NCBI GenBank assembly: GCA_029838195.1
Contig: JALGVJ010000006.1
Location: 32,001 to 96,000 of the forward strand
Direction: 5' to 3'
Source: Promethearchaeota archaeon
GTDB lineage: Archaea > Asgardarchaeota > Lokiarchaeia > Sigyniarchaeales > SOKP01
Length of the DNA stretch: 64,000 nt
Shown piece by piece: positions 20,573-31,279 of the stretch. Numbering within the stretch: the stretch's first letter is position 1; each line of letters starts with the position of its first letter. A model generated the notes under the pieces. It was not told where the DNA came from and did no database searches. It saw nothing but the letters and a program-made list of their open reading frames with translations. The position numbers and the translations under genes were made by a program.

Positions 20573-22363
20573 TTGCCTGTTAAATTGGAGGATAAATATC
20601 AAGTAGATGAAAACAAAATTTGGTTTAAAAAATGGTGGCCCGAAAACGTCCCTAAAAACTATGACTTCCCGGAAAAAACCGTAAACCAATTCCTTGATGA
20701 GCAAGTAGAAAAGCATGCTGACCGATACATCATGTGGTTCCTCGACACGTGGATGACCTATAAGGAATTCCAGGACCATGTCAAGGCCCTAGCGACCGCT
20801 TTATCCCAACTCGGCATTAAAAAAGGAGATGTCGTGGCCATGCATCTGGGAAATTGCTTCCAATATGTCATCGGCTATTACGCCATTACCAGAATCGGTG
20901 CCATTGCTTCCGGCATTAACCCGACTTATCAGCCCATGGAAATACTCCACCAATTCGATATCATCAAGCCTAAAGCTCTCATCGCTCTAGATGCCTTGTA
21001 CGAACCCTATATTAAACCCATCATCGATAAATCTAGCGTGGAAATCGTGATCTATACCAATATTGCTGATTTAGCACATGGATTGGGCTTCAAGCGCACG
21101 CTTGGAAAGTTGCTCAAAAAAATCCCAACCGGAAAAGTTGATTTTCCCGGCGCTTTAAAATTCATGGATCTGCTGAAAACACCCCCAAATGTTCCAGAAG
21201 TCAAGATAGACGTAAAAACTCATCCCTCTACATATATTATGACAGGTGGCACAACTGGATTGCCAAAAGCAGCAGTTTTAACGCATTTTAACGTGGTTTC
21301 GAATGCTCTCCAATGCGCGTTATGGCTTGGAGGCGAGAAGCCAGGTATTGGAAGTGTAGGGGTCTTACCCCTATTTCACTCCTTCGCACACACGGTTGTC
21401 ATGAACGCAAGCATTGCATTGGGAGGCTGGATGATGTTATTTCCCCGCCCTCCCTCTCAAGACGAATTATGTGCCACGATTGAAAAATTGCCATGTCCGG
21501 AAGGATTAATATATGCGGGAGCTGAAATTTTATTCAAACGGCTTGCTGAATTTGAAGGATTGAAGAATTATCCGGGTGTAATGGGCAAGCTAATGCTATG
21601 CATTTCTGGGGCTGGTCCCTTGCATCGACCCGTTCGAGATGCTTTCGTAAAAAATACGGGCGGCAATATCGTGGAGGGATATGGTCTCACGGAGTCAACT
21701 CCTGTCGTTAGTGCCGGTAATCTTTTTGGAGAAAGCCCAATTGGCGTTATCGGCCTTCCTGTCACGGGCACGGAATGGGGAATTTGGCCCTCGGAGGATT
21801 TTGATAAAGGGCCCATTTGTTTAGGGAATCCTGACGATACTAATTTTGGCGAAGAGCACACGGGAGAGATTTGCGTTCATGGACCGCAAGTCATGCTTGA
21901 ATATCTTAACAAGCCCGATGAAACAGCTGAAACCATTAAGGAATATGATGGTAAATTATGGCTCCTAACGGGAGATATAGGCTTTATGAATTCCGATGGA
22001 ACAATTGAAATCAGGGACCGAAAGAAACAGCTCATCAAATATAAAGGCTATAGCGTGTATCCGAAAGAGGTTGAAGAATTACTCATGAAGCATCCCGAGA
22101 TTTCGGAAGCTGCGGTGGCAGGCATTCCTCACGACGAATTTGGGGAGGCGGTCAAGGCTTGGGTGCAGTTAACTCCGGGTTCCACGCTAACGCCTGAGGA
22201 GATTAAGAAATGGGCAGAAGAAAACATGACACATTACAAGAGACCGTATTATGTGGAAATCTTGGATGAAATTCCGAAGAATTTAATTGGAAAAGTTCAG
22301 CGGCGGATCTTGCAGATTAACGATCCGTTATATAAGGCAAAATACGGCGAGCCAAAAGAATAG
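20573..22363 (+). CDS. Long-chain fatty acid--CoA ligase (AMP-binding family)
   Basis: TGGTTGLPK, EGYGLTE, LTGDIG, DRKKQLIK, PKNLIGK; TTG start with GAGGT RBS. Confidence 0.93.
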   Translation: MPVKLEDKYQVDENKIWFKKWWPENVPKNYDFPEKTVNQFLDEQVEKHADRYIMWFLDTWMTYKEFQDHVKALATALSQLGIKKGDVVAMHLGNCFQYVIGYYAITRIGAIASGINPTYQPMEILHQFDIIKPKALIALDALYEPYIKPIIDKSSVEIVIYTNIADLAHGLGFKRTLGKLLKKIPTGKVDFPGALKFMDLLKTPPNVPEVKIDVKTHPSTYIMTGGTTGLPKAAVLTHFNVVSNALQCALWLGGEKPGIGSVGVLPLFHSFAHTVVMNASIALGGWMMLFPRPPSQDELCATIEKLPCPEGLIYAGAEILFKRLAEFEGLKNYPGVMGKLMLCISGAGPLHRPVRDAFVKNTGGNIVEGYGLTESTPVVSAGNLFGESPIGVIGLPVTGTEWGIWPSEDFDKGPICLGNPDDTNFGEEHTGEICVHGPQVMLEYLNKPDETAETIKEYDGKLWLLTGDIGFMNSDGTIEIRDRKKQLIKYKGYSVYPKEVEELLMKHPEISEAAVAGIPHDEFGEAVKAWVQLTPGSTLTPEEIKKWAEENMTHYKRPYYVEILDEIPKNLIGKVQRRILQINDPLYKAKYGEPKE

Positions 22364-22520
22364 ATTGTTTAATTTAATCAAGAATTAGCTTAAAAAATTC
22401 AAGGAGCATTCCGTGTTTTATTTTTTAATATATTTTATATTGTTTTTTTTTATTCTTTTTCTCAGTTCGAGCATGACTTTTTATCTTGAATCAACACGAG
22501 TTTTATTCCTTGAGGGAGAA

Positions 22521-23063
22521 TTAAATTAAATTGCTATTTTGTAGCATTAATCTTGTTAGCATTTGAAACGTTTCTTCTACATTCGTGCCTGTTTTAGAAC
22601 TAGTTTCGAGAAACCCATCGAGGCCTCGTTTTTTCACGATTTTAAGCGCATCACTGCTCTTCACTTCTCGTTCATCTTCTAAATCTAATTTACTGCCCAC
22701 TACTAGTATCGGAAATGGCGAAAAATTGTTAGGGGATTTAGCTTGTTGATTTTTAATGACTTCGAGCCAGTCATCGATGTGCAACAGAGAGGCTTCATTG
22801 GTGATATCATACAAGAAAATACCACCATTTGCACCCCTTACATAGGTTGGGAGGAGGAATCTGAAGCGTTCTTCTCCTCCAAAATCCCATATTTGCAATT
22901 TAACTTTCTTTTTTTCGACGTTAAGCGTTTTAATTTGAAAATCAACACCGATAGTCATTTTAGAGTCCGATACGAACACGTTAGTGAGAAATCTGTGTGT
23001 AAGAGTGGTTTTACCTGTTCCTGCATCACCAAAAATTACAATCTTGAAAGTAGCTTGATACAA
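22521..23063 (-). CDS. Rab-like small GTPase
   Basis: G1 GDAGTGKT, G2 TIGVDF, G3 WDFGGE, G4 SKLD, G5 TSSK; no C-terminal Cys. Confidence 0.93.
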   Translation of the reverse strand: MYQATFKIVIFGDAGTGKTTLTHRFLTNVFVSDSKMTIGVDFQIKTLNVEKKKVKLQIWDFGGEERFRFLLPTYVRGANGGIFLYDITNEASLLHIDDWLEVIKNQQAKSPNNFSPFPILVVGSKLDLEDEREVKSSDALKIVKKRGLDGFLETSSKTGTNVEETFQMLTRLMLQNSNLI

Positions 23064-23344
23064 ATCCTTTTACCTCTTTTTTTTTAATAATTAAATCTAC
23101 ATAATATCATATCTAAAGTTGAGAAATTTTTAATGAATTTAATTTATTTTTTTATAAAATAAAAAATGAAGAGAGGCAATTCGACTGATGATGGAAAGGG
23201 TGATGATTCGTTTTTGACTCATATATATAATATTTTTTCGAAGGAATATTTAAAGATTTGTTTAATTATTACATGCATGAAACTTGATGTAAATTGGAAT
23301 GGTAGCAATAACAAGAACTACATCATGAGAGATGAGAATAAGAA

Positions 23345-24535
23345 ATGATATGCGAGGCAACGTATGATGAGGTAAAGCCATTAGTAGAAGACAAGAAAGT
23401 TCCCATGGTCATTTGTGATTTGGATGCATTTAATCACAATTTAGAACTTGTAGGAAAGTATTTGAGAGAAACGGGCAAGAAATTGCGACTCTGTACTAAA
23501 TCGGTGCGCGTGCCGGAATTGATAACCAGAGTTAATAAGCAAGATTTTGTTAGCGGCGTGTTCACTTATAATTCCGCAGAAACCCTTTTTTTGGCAGAAA
23601 AACACGGGATTAAAGACATCTTGATGGGCTATCCCACAACTTCAAGAGTTGATGTTCAAGAAGCATGTCAAGCAGCGAAGATAAAGGGAACCCGAATCTC
23701 GGTCATGGCGGATTCTATTTTTCATTTAGACTTGCTGGAAGAGGGCGCCAGTTCTCATGATGTCGAATTAAACGTGTTGCTGGAAGTGGACGTGGCGGAC
23801 CATTTTTTTGGCATTAATGTGGGTGTTTTAAGAAGCCCTCTGAGAGAACCCGAACAGGTGGTGAAAATGGCACGAGAAATTCAAAAGCGAAAACATCTTC
23901 GATTTTCTGGAATAATGGGCTATGAAGCTCAGAACGCCTCTATAGGGGATGATAAATTTTTATATCGATATCTTAAAAAACGGTCGAGGCCAAAAGTTAA
24001 TGCTCGGCGAGCGGCCGTGATGAAAGCATTAAAAGAGAACGGACTAATCGGAGAGGATTTCATCATGAATGGGGGAGGCTCGGGTTGTTTTCAAGAAACG
24101 GCCGCAGATCCTACCATTACAGAAATTGGAATTGGTTCCCTGCTATTCAAATCTCACGTGTTTGATCCCATTGAATCTTTAAATGAATTCGTTCCTTCCT
24201 TATATTTCGTGCTTCAAATCGTTCGCAAACCCCGTGAAAACTACGTTACGGCATTCTCAGGTGGATACGTGAGTTCAGGCGTTCGGGCAAATCCTCAAGT
24301 CTTTTTGCCCAAGGGACTAACCGTGACGAAACGTGAGGGATTCGGGGAAGTACAAACGCCTTTTCAATATGATCCAAAAAAATTGACCTTGAATTTAGGC
24401 GACCCCATTTTTTGCAGGTTTGGAAAAGCCGGAGAGCCCTTGACACGCTTCAATGAAGTTTACGTGTATTCGGATGAAAAACTGATAGGAGATACCTATT
24501 TAACATATCGTGGATTTGGAAAGCAATTTTCTTGA
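23345..24535 (+). CDS. PLP-dependent alanine racemase-fold protein (D-amino acid deaminase/aldolase, DSD1-like)
   Basis: LRLCTKSVRV (PLP Lys), GIMGYEAQ, NGGGSG, EGFGEVQTP. Confidence 0.82.
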   Translation: MICEATYDEVKPLVEDKKVPMVICDLDAFNHNLELVGKYLRETGKKLRLCTKSVRVPELITRVNKQDFVSGVFTYNSAETLFLAEKHGIKDILMGYPTTSRVDVQEACQAAKIKGTRISVMADSIFHLDLLEEGASSHDVELNVLLEVDVADHFFGINVGVLRSPLREPEQVVKMAREIQKRKHLRFSGIMGYEAQNASIGDDKFLYRYLKKRSRPKVNARRAAVMKALKENGLIGEDFIMNGGGSGCFQETAADPTITEIGIGSLLFKSHVFDPIESLNEFVPSLYFVLQIVRKPRENYVTAFSGGYVSSGVRANPQVFLPKGLTVTKREGFGEVQTPFQYDPKKLTLNLGDPIFCRFGKAGEPLTRFNEVYVYSDEKLIGDTYLTYRGFGKQFS

Positions 24536-24700
24536 AAAGGTTCTTTTCTCACGGGTATTTTAATCAAGAGAGGCCCATTCTTATTTACCATTTTATTATT
24601 CTTCCTTATTTATTTTTTAACTCGTGTCCAAGGTATCATTTATTAATAGCCGTGATCTACTATTATTATTGAAAACACATTCATTCATGAGGCAAGTTAA

Positions 24701-26011
24701 ATGGTAAGAGATGTAATTAATTGGTCTAAATATTTTTCCATTGACCCGCAAAAAATTGAGGCCGTGAAAAAAAAATTTGGCGCCGAAAAAATATTTGCCA
24801 TGGGACTCATGCCCGTGAGAGGCCCAATTGGTTTTCGGAAATTAGATTATGATTTTGCAGAAAAAGAATTGAACGTGAAAGAAATCATGGATAAACTTGA
24901 AGAGTGCCATTTTAACATCTTAGGATTAGTCATAAAGGATACGGATGGAGCATGCATATGGGACACGAAAGCAGGATGGAATCCAACAAATCGGGACATA
25001 TTAGGGGAGTTTTGCGATGCTGCGCAAGAGAGGAATATGGGATTAATTGTTTCTTTTACTTCCATGAACGATGCTTATCAGGGAGCGATTCATCCGGAAC
25101 GCGTGAGTGTTCACGGCCGAGAAGTGAAACATTCGGGAAAGATATATAAAATAGGAGAGATATCCACCCACGAAGAAGGAGAAATGAGAGTAGACTTACC
25201 TCCTGGCGTATCCTTGGAGGTGTATAAAGAAAAAATCCCATTTTTAACAGATAAGCGGGATGAAAAGATAGGCAAATCCCGAGGGGCAAGGGGTAAAGGC
25301 TATATCCCTCTAACGAGCTTCATGTGCCCCAATTCTGAGCATGTAGATTATCTCTTAGATTTGGCAAGAGAAGTCGTGAAAAATTATCCTATAAAAGGAT
25401 TTTTTGCGGATTATATTAGATATGATGGAGATTTCACGGATTTATGCGCATGTTCTCGATGCGTGAGTGCATTTCGGGAAAAATACGGTGAGAAACCGAA
25501 AATATTGTCCAGTAAAGAATGGTTGGACTTTAGAGAAGACACGATTGCCGATTATGCACGTAAATTGCATGACGTTATCAAGAAGGAGAATGCAGATTGC
25601 ATTTCAGGTTGGTTTTGCCTTCCCGGTCCGAAGAAATTATTTACGAGAAAGCGCATAGCACAAGACTGGGTGAAATTATCTTCTATACTGGACGTGTGCA
25701 GCCCGATGGAGTACCCTTACCTCATGGGGACTCGAGATGATGGCTGGTATTGGGGAAAAGTCGGCGATTTTTCCTTTTGGTATTTTGTTCGAAACATGAA
25801 AAAGCGAGCTCGTGAGATTAAAAGTCCTGCTTTAGCCGTGGTGAATTCAGTGGAATGCAATACGCCTGAAATGTTTCGGCAAGTGAGAGCATTTGATTTT
25901 GGATTAGGAATTGCGGTATTTAAATATTTTGGAACGAAAGAGGAGCAATGGAAAGCATTAAAAAAATATGCAGAAGAGGTATATGGCGTGGACGCATTAA
26001 AAATCAAATAA
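24701..26011 (+). CDS. Putative glycoside hydrolase-like TIM-barrel protein
   Basis: DILGEFCDAA, MCPNS..YL..LAREVVKNYPIKGFFADYIRY, CACSRC, WLDFR: resembles GH10-like/GH42-like families. Confidence 0.55.
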   Translation: MVRDVINWSKYFSIDPQKIEAVKKKFGAEKIFAMGLMPVRGPIGFRKLDYDFAEKELNVKEIMDKLEECHFNILGLVIKDTDGACIWDTKAGWNPTNRDILGEFCDAAQERNMGLIVSFTSMNDAYQGAIHPERVSVHGREVKHSGKIYKIGEISTHEEGEMRVDLPPGVSLEVYKEKIPFLTDKRDEKIGKSRGARGKGYIPLTSFMCPNSEHVDYLLDLAREVVKNYPIKGFFADYIRYDGDFTDLCACSRCVSAFREKYGEKPKILSSKEWLDFREDTIADYARKLHDVIKKENADCISGWFCLPGPKKLFTRKRIAQDWVKLSSILDVCSPMEYPYLMGTRDDGWYWGKVGDFSFWYFVRNMKKRAREIKSPALAVVNSVECNTPEMFRQVRAFDFGLGIAVFKYFGTKEEQWKALKKYAEEVYGVDALKIK

Positions 26012-26087
26012 TTAAAAAATAATTAGTTACCATTTGAAAAAAAGAGTGTAGCGTTAAGAAAAATAAAGCGAGGGGATTTAACACGGG

Positions 26088-26357
26088 CTAACCCCATTCA
26101 CTCTTGTAGCCCGTGCCTCCTTTAGGCCAATTGAAAATGATGGCATCCGCTTCACAAATGTAGGAGCAGCACATGCATTCCATGCAATTTTGTAGGCTTT
26201 TAATTCTTGCTTTCTTGTTTTTTATTTCGAAACATCCTCCCAAGCAAATTTTTACGCAATTTGCGCATCCGGTACATTTAGCTTCATTGATTTGGATGAA
26301 TTGGCCGGTTCCATTAATCCATTCTACACCAGGAAACTCGGGATTAGTTCTAACCAT
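26088..26357 (-). CDS. 2x[4Fe-4S] ferredoxin (FixX-like)
   Basis: CTGCANCVKIC, CMECMCCSYIC, WPKGGTG; overlaps the end of the upstream flavoprotein. Confidence 0.88.
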   Translation of the reverse strand: MVRTNPEFPGVEWINGTGQFIQINEAKCTGCANCVKICLGGCFEIKNKKARIKSLQNCMECMCCSYICEADAIIFNWPKGGTGYKSEWG

Positions 26358-28071
26358 GATGACTCACCTCCATAATGGGTTGCTCTTCAAATAATAACGG
26401 ATGGGCATTGACAACAAACGTGGTAATTTTCTTGCTTAATTTTTCGGATATCGGATTCATGAGCCTTAACATGGCGATATAAATAGGCTCCAATATAGGT
26501 AACATGAGTTTCGTCATCTGATTTGCAGAATTTGCAAGGCTCCAGGTAAAATATTTAATCCATTTTGGAGAATGCCTGCGCATCCATGTCATGGTATTGT
26601 CCAGAATTTTCATGACCGTTTCAAAAATCTTTTCAGCTCGTGAAAAGCGGATAGCTTCTTTCTTTAGTGTTGGCTGAGTACCCGTGGATTTAGATGTGAA
26701 ATCAAAACGCTCATGGGCCCAATTATAGTAATAACGGCAATACATTTTAATCCATTTGGTCAAAAGGAATGGGTCATTGTTTAAACTTGAAAGGACCATT
26801 TTCATCAACGGCGTTGCAACGTGCGTCATCGCAGCAATTCCCCACCCCGCATGAACGTATTTTCTCAAGAGCTTTAGATCGTGCTTTTCTTGAGCATAAC
26901 GCAAATTATATCGATTGGTCCCTGAAATTGACCATTGAATTAAAGGATGGCTTTTAATAAGAGTATCATATTTTTTCAAAAATTTTTCCGATACATCCTT
27001 TTTTTTAATGGCTTCAATAGCAACGCTTGCGGCGATTTCAGCTGAGAACCATGCGGCCGGCACGCCATCGCAGAGTTCTGTACTTTCTAGCCCTGCTGCG
27101 TCGCCAATTAACAAAATTCCATTCCCATGATTTTTCATCTTTCGCAAGCGGGGATTAAGCCCCACAAAAATTTCAAAGCCTTCCCACATTCGTGCTCGAA
27201 GTTTCACGTGAGGTGCAACAAGGTTTTTCCACCAGGGCAATTTTGTCGTGATGTTTTCATGATATAAATCAAACGTTTTGCGCATGTTAGGGACGATATT
27301 TCCTTTAAGTTTCAGGCATTGGTCTTGCATAAAGTGTAAGCTCCTCCGATATGGCCAAAGCATCAAACCATTTCCAAATCCCAAGGGAGGAGTTAATTTT
27401 AGCTCGTCCCACGCCCAGCAAAACCAGACAGAATGGCCAAATATCTTATCTATGAGCGGTTTTGGCATTTCATAATCATAAGTATCTGCTAAAGAGATGG
27501 TTTCGGGGGGATATTTCTCCCGGATGCTTGCTTTTATTGCTAATAATCCTTGAGAGCCTTCAGCATCAATGATGATCTTGGATTTAATTCGCTCGCCCTT
27601 GGCCGTAATGACGCCGATGATTTGATCTCCCTCCTTGATCAATTCCGTGACTGTGGTAGATGTTCGTAGGATGACACCCGCTTCTATTGCTTTTCTTGCT
27701 TCCCACTCGCAAAACGGTTTGCAATAAGCATTAAACCCAAAAGCTATTACCGGTGAGAGAGGTTTTGGGATTTTTAAAGTGTCATCTATTTCGATATCTT
27801 CCTTGTCAATATCTTTAATGATATAATTCACGATACCATCCACCGGTCTTTCAATAGGAGGGTTTCCCTCTCTGATAAAAGCAGGACCAAATAAGAAACC
27901 GTATAATGGAATGGTGAGACCTGATATGACTTTCTCTCCCACGTTTTCTGAGCGTTCAAGCATGAGCGTTTTCAAACCCGCTAAGGCACATTTTCTTGCT
28001 GCCACGGGTCCTCCGAAGCCAGCTCCTACAACGATTACATCATATTCCTCTGTAAAAGATTCTTCGCTCAT
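26350..28071 (-). CDS. FAD-dependent oxidoreductase (FixC / geranylgeranyl reductase family)
   Basis: VVGAGFGG, LERSENVGEK, IIDAEG, LIGDAAG. Confidence 0.85.
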   Translation of the reverse strand: MSEESFTEEYDVIVVGAGFGGPVAARKCALAGLKTLMLERSENVGEKVISGLTIPLYGFLFGPAFIREGNPPIERPVDGIVNYIIKDIDKEDIEIDDTLKIPKPLSPVIAFGFNAYCKPFCEWEARKAIEAGVILRTSTTVTELIKEGDQIIGVITAKGERIKSKIIIDAEGSQGLLAIKASIREKYPPETISLADTYDYEMPKPLIDKIFGHSVWFCWAWDELKLTPPLGFGNGLMLWPYRRSLHFMQDQCLKLKGNIVPNMRKTFDLYHENITTKLPWWKNLVAPHVKLRARMWEGFEIFVGLNPRLRKMKNHGNGILLIGDAAGLESTELCDGVPAAWFSAEIAASVAIEAIKKKDVSEKFLKKYDTLIKSHPLIQWSISGTNRYNLRYAQEKHDLKLLRKYVHAGWGIAAMTHVATPLMKMVLSSLNNDPFLLTKWIKMYCRYYYNWAHERFDFTSKSTGTQPTLKKEAIRFSRAEKIFETVMKILDNTMTWMRRHSPKWIKYFTWSLANSANQMTKLMLPILEPIYIAMLRLMNPISEKLSKKITTFVVNAHPLLFEEQPIMEVSHHG

Positions 28072-28214
28072 TTTTCCTTATATTTTTTCTACTATAAATT
28101 TTCTAAATTGAATTGTTTATCTTTAATTTAGTTTTTTACATAAATAAGATTATTTTTTTTTACCTCATGAAAAAAATTCATGGAATTAATAAAAATTAAA
28201 AAAAAGGAAGAAAA

Positions 28215-28592
28215 TTAGGGCATGTCGATTAAAACGGTGACAGCAGCGCAACACATGATCATTTGATCGGATTTATCTCCTAGTTCGGGAATTTTTACTC
28301 CTTGCGCTACCATCCCTCCTTTGACGACTTCGAGAGTTTTTTGGCCGAATGGGATGGCTTTTAATACTTTTTTCTCATTAATTGTATCGGGATAAGGAGC
28401 TCCAATTTTCACGTGAACTTTCATTCGCACGAGATCTTCCGGCGTATTAAGATCACAAATTTCAGATAATCCAATCAAGCAATTATTGGAAATTGCATTT
28501 TTTATCGCTTTAATAGCCGCATTAGAGCAATCATTATCATGACCGTGCTGATCAACGCCGTAGCCTAATTGGACGATAAATTTTTTTTCCAT
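28215..28592 (-). CDS. Lin0512 family protein
   Basis: IVQLGYGVDQHG..AAIKAIKNAI, KIGAPYP, IPFG, GG, AAVTV. Confidence 0.85.
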   Translation of the reverse strand: MEKKFIVQLGYGVDQHGHDNDCSNAAIKAIKNAISNNCLIGLSEICDLNTPEDLVRMKVHVKIGAPYPDTINEKKVLKAIPFGQKTLEVVKGGMVAQGVKIPELGDKSDQMIMCCAAVTVLIDMP

Positions 28593-28727
28593 GACGTTTT
28601 TCCTCTTGATTTTCTTTAAATAATTGATACATCCATACTTCTTAAAAATATACCGCTAATTTTTTATTTTGGTAATATTGATAAAATTAGGAGGAAGGAT
28701 ACCTATTTATTTGAGAAATTATTAAGG

Positions 28728-28991
28728 TTGAGGATATCCGATTTTAAAGGGAGCTTTTCGCAATATAATTTTACGGTTAAAAAACTCAAGAAAATGGTCG
28801 AAGCGAGTCTCTTGCAATTCGCGGAGGTGAGAGGAAAACTGATATTTGTAAATTTTATCCCACGGGAGGAGATTAATGAGAGGCTTTCTGATGAGCGAGT
28901 TAATAATGAGATGCTGAAATTAGAAATGATGTTCAATGAAGAACCGTCCATGGTGGGAGCTAGCGCACGCCTTCAAGTAATAGGGAAATAG
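28728..28991 (+). pseudogene. C-terminal remnant of a class I SAM-dependent methyltransferase-like gene
   Basis: FTVKKLKKMVE..VRGKLIF..LKLEMMFNEEPSMVGASARLQVIGK resembles methyltransferase C-termini; the frame closes about 70 nt upstream and has no SAM-binding motif. Confidence 0.4.
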
Positions 28992-29092
28992 CCCAGTTCG
29001 TGAAGGTAGTTTCATAGTTAACCGCGAGGGGGAATGGTGATAAAATATAAGATGATAAAAAATTTAATGATCATTATGGTATAAAATAGGGG

Positions 29093-30145
29093 ATGAGAAT
29101 GGAAAAAATTAGAGTTGGGATCATTGGTTCGGGCTTCATAGCAGAGCATCATGTTTATTCTTATTCGCTCTTGCCGAACGTGGAGATTGTTGGTATCGCC
29201 TCCCTTAAAACCGAGGAAGCTAAAGGTTTAATGAAAAAGTATAATATTCCGGGAGAACCTTATAAAAATTACGAGGATCTTCTGAAATTGGATTGTGAGG
29301 TGATATCCGCATGCGTGCCAAATTTTTTACATGAAAAAACATGTGTTGATGCATTAAATGCGGGCAAGCATGTATTAGTGGAGAAACCATTAGCTAGAAA
29401 CGTCGAAGAAGGGTTGAGAATGATTGACACGGAAAAAGCGTCCAATAGAAAAATTTTCTACTGTGAAAACAACATGTATGCGCCTTCTTTTTCCAAGGTA
29501 AAAGAAATCATTGAAGAAGGAGCTGTGGGGAAGATTTATATGGGGAGAGGAAAAGAGCAACATTCGGGGCCTCATTCTGAATGGTTTTACAAAAAAGAAG
29601 CTGGCGGAGGAGCACTTTTGGATTTGGGGATTCATGATATTGCTTGTCTCACGTGGTATTTGGATTGTGATGTTGTAAACGTTTTTTGTCAGACCAGGAC
29701 GATTTTACCGGACCGGGGAGAATTTGGTCGCTGTGAAGTAGAAGACAATGCGGTCGGGATTTTGTATTATGAAAATGAGGCCCAAGTCGTAATTGAAGAA
29801 TCTTGGACTGCTCCCGGAGGATATGACATGCGATTTGAATTATTCGGAACGGACGGGCAGATAAAAGTTGCGCCCACCTTTAGTAATTTAATTAGCGTGT
29901 ATAGTGAAAAAGGCTATGGATATGCGGTTGAGAAGGCAGGAACAACAAAAGGGTGGACTTTTCCCGTTCCGGAAGAAGCATGGAGCTTTGGATATCCTCA
30001 AGAGATAAAACATTTCATGGACTGCATCCTTACCAATAAAAAACCCTTAACGGATGGCATGTATGGATTAAAAATCTTGAATATCGTGGAAACCATGTAT
30101 AAAAGTGCCCTGTCAGGCAAGCTGGAAGAAGTTAAATCCCTTTAG
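29093..30145 (+). CDS. Gfo/Idh/MocA family NAD(P)-dependent oxidoreductase
   Basis: GIIGSGFIA, GKHVLVEKPLA, GGGALLDLGIHDI. Confidence 0.94.
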   Translation: MRMEKIRVGIIGSGFIAEHHVYSYSLLPNVEIVGIASLKTEEAKGLMKKYNIPGEPYKNYEDLLKLDCEVISACVPNFLHEKTCVDALNAGKHVLVEKPLARNVEEGLRMIDTEKASNRKIFYCENNMYAPSFSKVKEIIEEGAVGKIYMGRGKEQHSGPHSEWFYKKEAGGGALLDLGIHDIACLTWYLDCDVVNVFCQTRTILPDRGEFGRCEVEDNAVGILYYENEAQVVIEESWTAPGGYDMRFELFGTDGQIKVAPTFSNLISVYSEKGYGYAVEKAGTTKGWTFPVPEEAWSFGYPQEIKHFMDCILTNKKPLTDGMYGLKILNIVETMYKSALSGKLEEVKSL

Positions 30146-30265
30146 TTCCGTAATTTTCCTTTTTTCTTATCAATTCTTAGTTTTTTTCTTTTCATTTTTA
30201 CTTGAGGTTAAAGAGAATGAAGCCATTCAGCTCTGATTGGATAATGTTTCTTTATGGGCTAAAAT

Positions 30266-30389
30266 TTTCAACGATTAGAAAAAATTTAATATGATTCAGA
30301 ATCGTATTTAAGGTTTAACTTTTATTATTTCAACGATTAGAAAAAATTTAATATGATTCAGAATCGTATTTAAGGTTTAACTTTTATTA
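30266..30389. repeat. Perfect 2 x 62 bp tandem duplication
   Basis: tttcaacgattagaaaaaatttaatatgattcagaatcgtatttaaggtttaacttttatta at 30266-30327 and 30328-30389. Confidence 0.95.
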
Positions 30390-30452
30390 AAGAATGTTCA
30401 TTCTAAAAAGGAAGGAATACATGCTCAAGTTTTAAGGAGAAAAGTAATAAAA

Positions 30453-31253
30453 ATGGAATCTTTCGACTTCAGCTCTTTTAAAGAAGCACGAAGGAATTTT
30501 CAATATGATTACATCTTTATCGATGCGATTTTTTATGTTTTGTGGGTAATTACTCTTATAAAGAATAGAAAGTGGAAGGCGCTCAAGGCTGGATTAGTCT
30601 CGGGATTTATCGTATATTTCATTGATGCTATTTGGTGGTGGAACATGCCTGCCGGAAAGAATTACCCCGTGGGGACGTATGTTCGAGAATACTGGATAGG
30701 GGGCATTCAGATGCCGCATCCTCTGGGATCCTATTTTTGGCTAAAATTTTGGGCGGATTTCATGATGTGTTTTTCTTATTCCATGTTCATGTTCGCATGG
30801 TTATGGATCGTGCTTGATAATTACAAGGAGAAAAATTTAAAATCTTCTCTGTTCTACAGCTTTTTCCTATTTGGAGCATGGTTGGTCACGCCGTTTCTAT
30901 CCCAACTTTTACCTCTTGATGATACGGTTGTTAATACCGTGCGACACATGGACACCCAATTTACTACATGGATCGTAAATGTTATTATAGGCTATAGTAT
31001 ATTGAGTATCCTGTATGTAGGAGGCATTAAGGTTTCCAGAGAGCCCCGTATTTTGGGCTTGGTTTTTCTCGTGGGGTGTTTGGGTTCTTTTTTCATGGAA
31101 TTTCCTCTCTTCTTATCGGGAATCCGTCCAACAGGAATATCATTTTTACTTTTTGAAGTGGTCTTTTTATTTAACCAAGGAGCGCCCTATTTGTACCTTC
31201 TTCACGATAAAATTTTACCTTTCTTGGGAAAGAAACTTGGATCAAGGGGATGA
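30453..31253 (+). CDS. Integral membrane protein, unknown function
   Basis: 266 aa, about 7 hydrophobic segments; AGGAG RBS-like sequence upstream. Confidence 0.7.
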   Translation: MESFDFSSFKEARRNFQYDYIFIDAIFYVLWVITLIKNRKWKALKAGLVSGFIVYFIDAIWWWNMPAGKNYPVGTYVREYWIGGIQMPHPLGSYFWLKFWADFMMCFSYSMFMFAWLWIVLDNYKEKNLKSSLFYSFFLFGAWLVTPFLSQLLPLDDTVVNTVRHMDTQFTTWIVNVIIGYSILSILYVGGIKVSREPRILGLVFLVGCLGSFFMEFPLFLSGIRPTGISFLLFEVVFLFNQGAPYLYLLHDKILPFLGKKLGSRG

Positions 31254-31279
31254 GTCATCAAGACCGTTTTAGACACACC

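Noticed and set aside
30266-30389. Possible CRISPR array
   Set aside because: Only two abutting copies, no spacers, no cas genes
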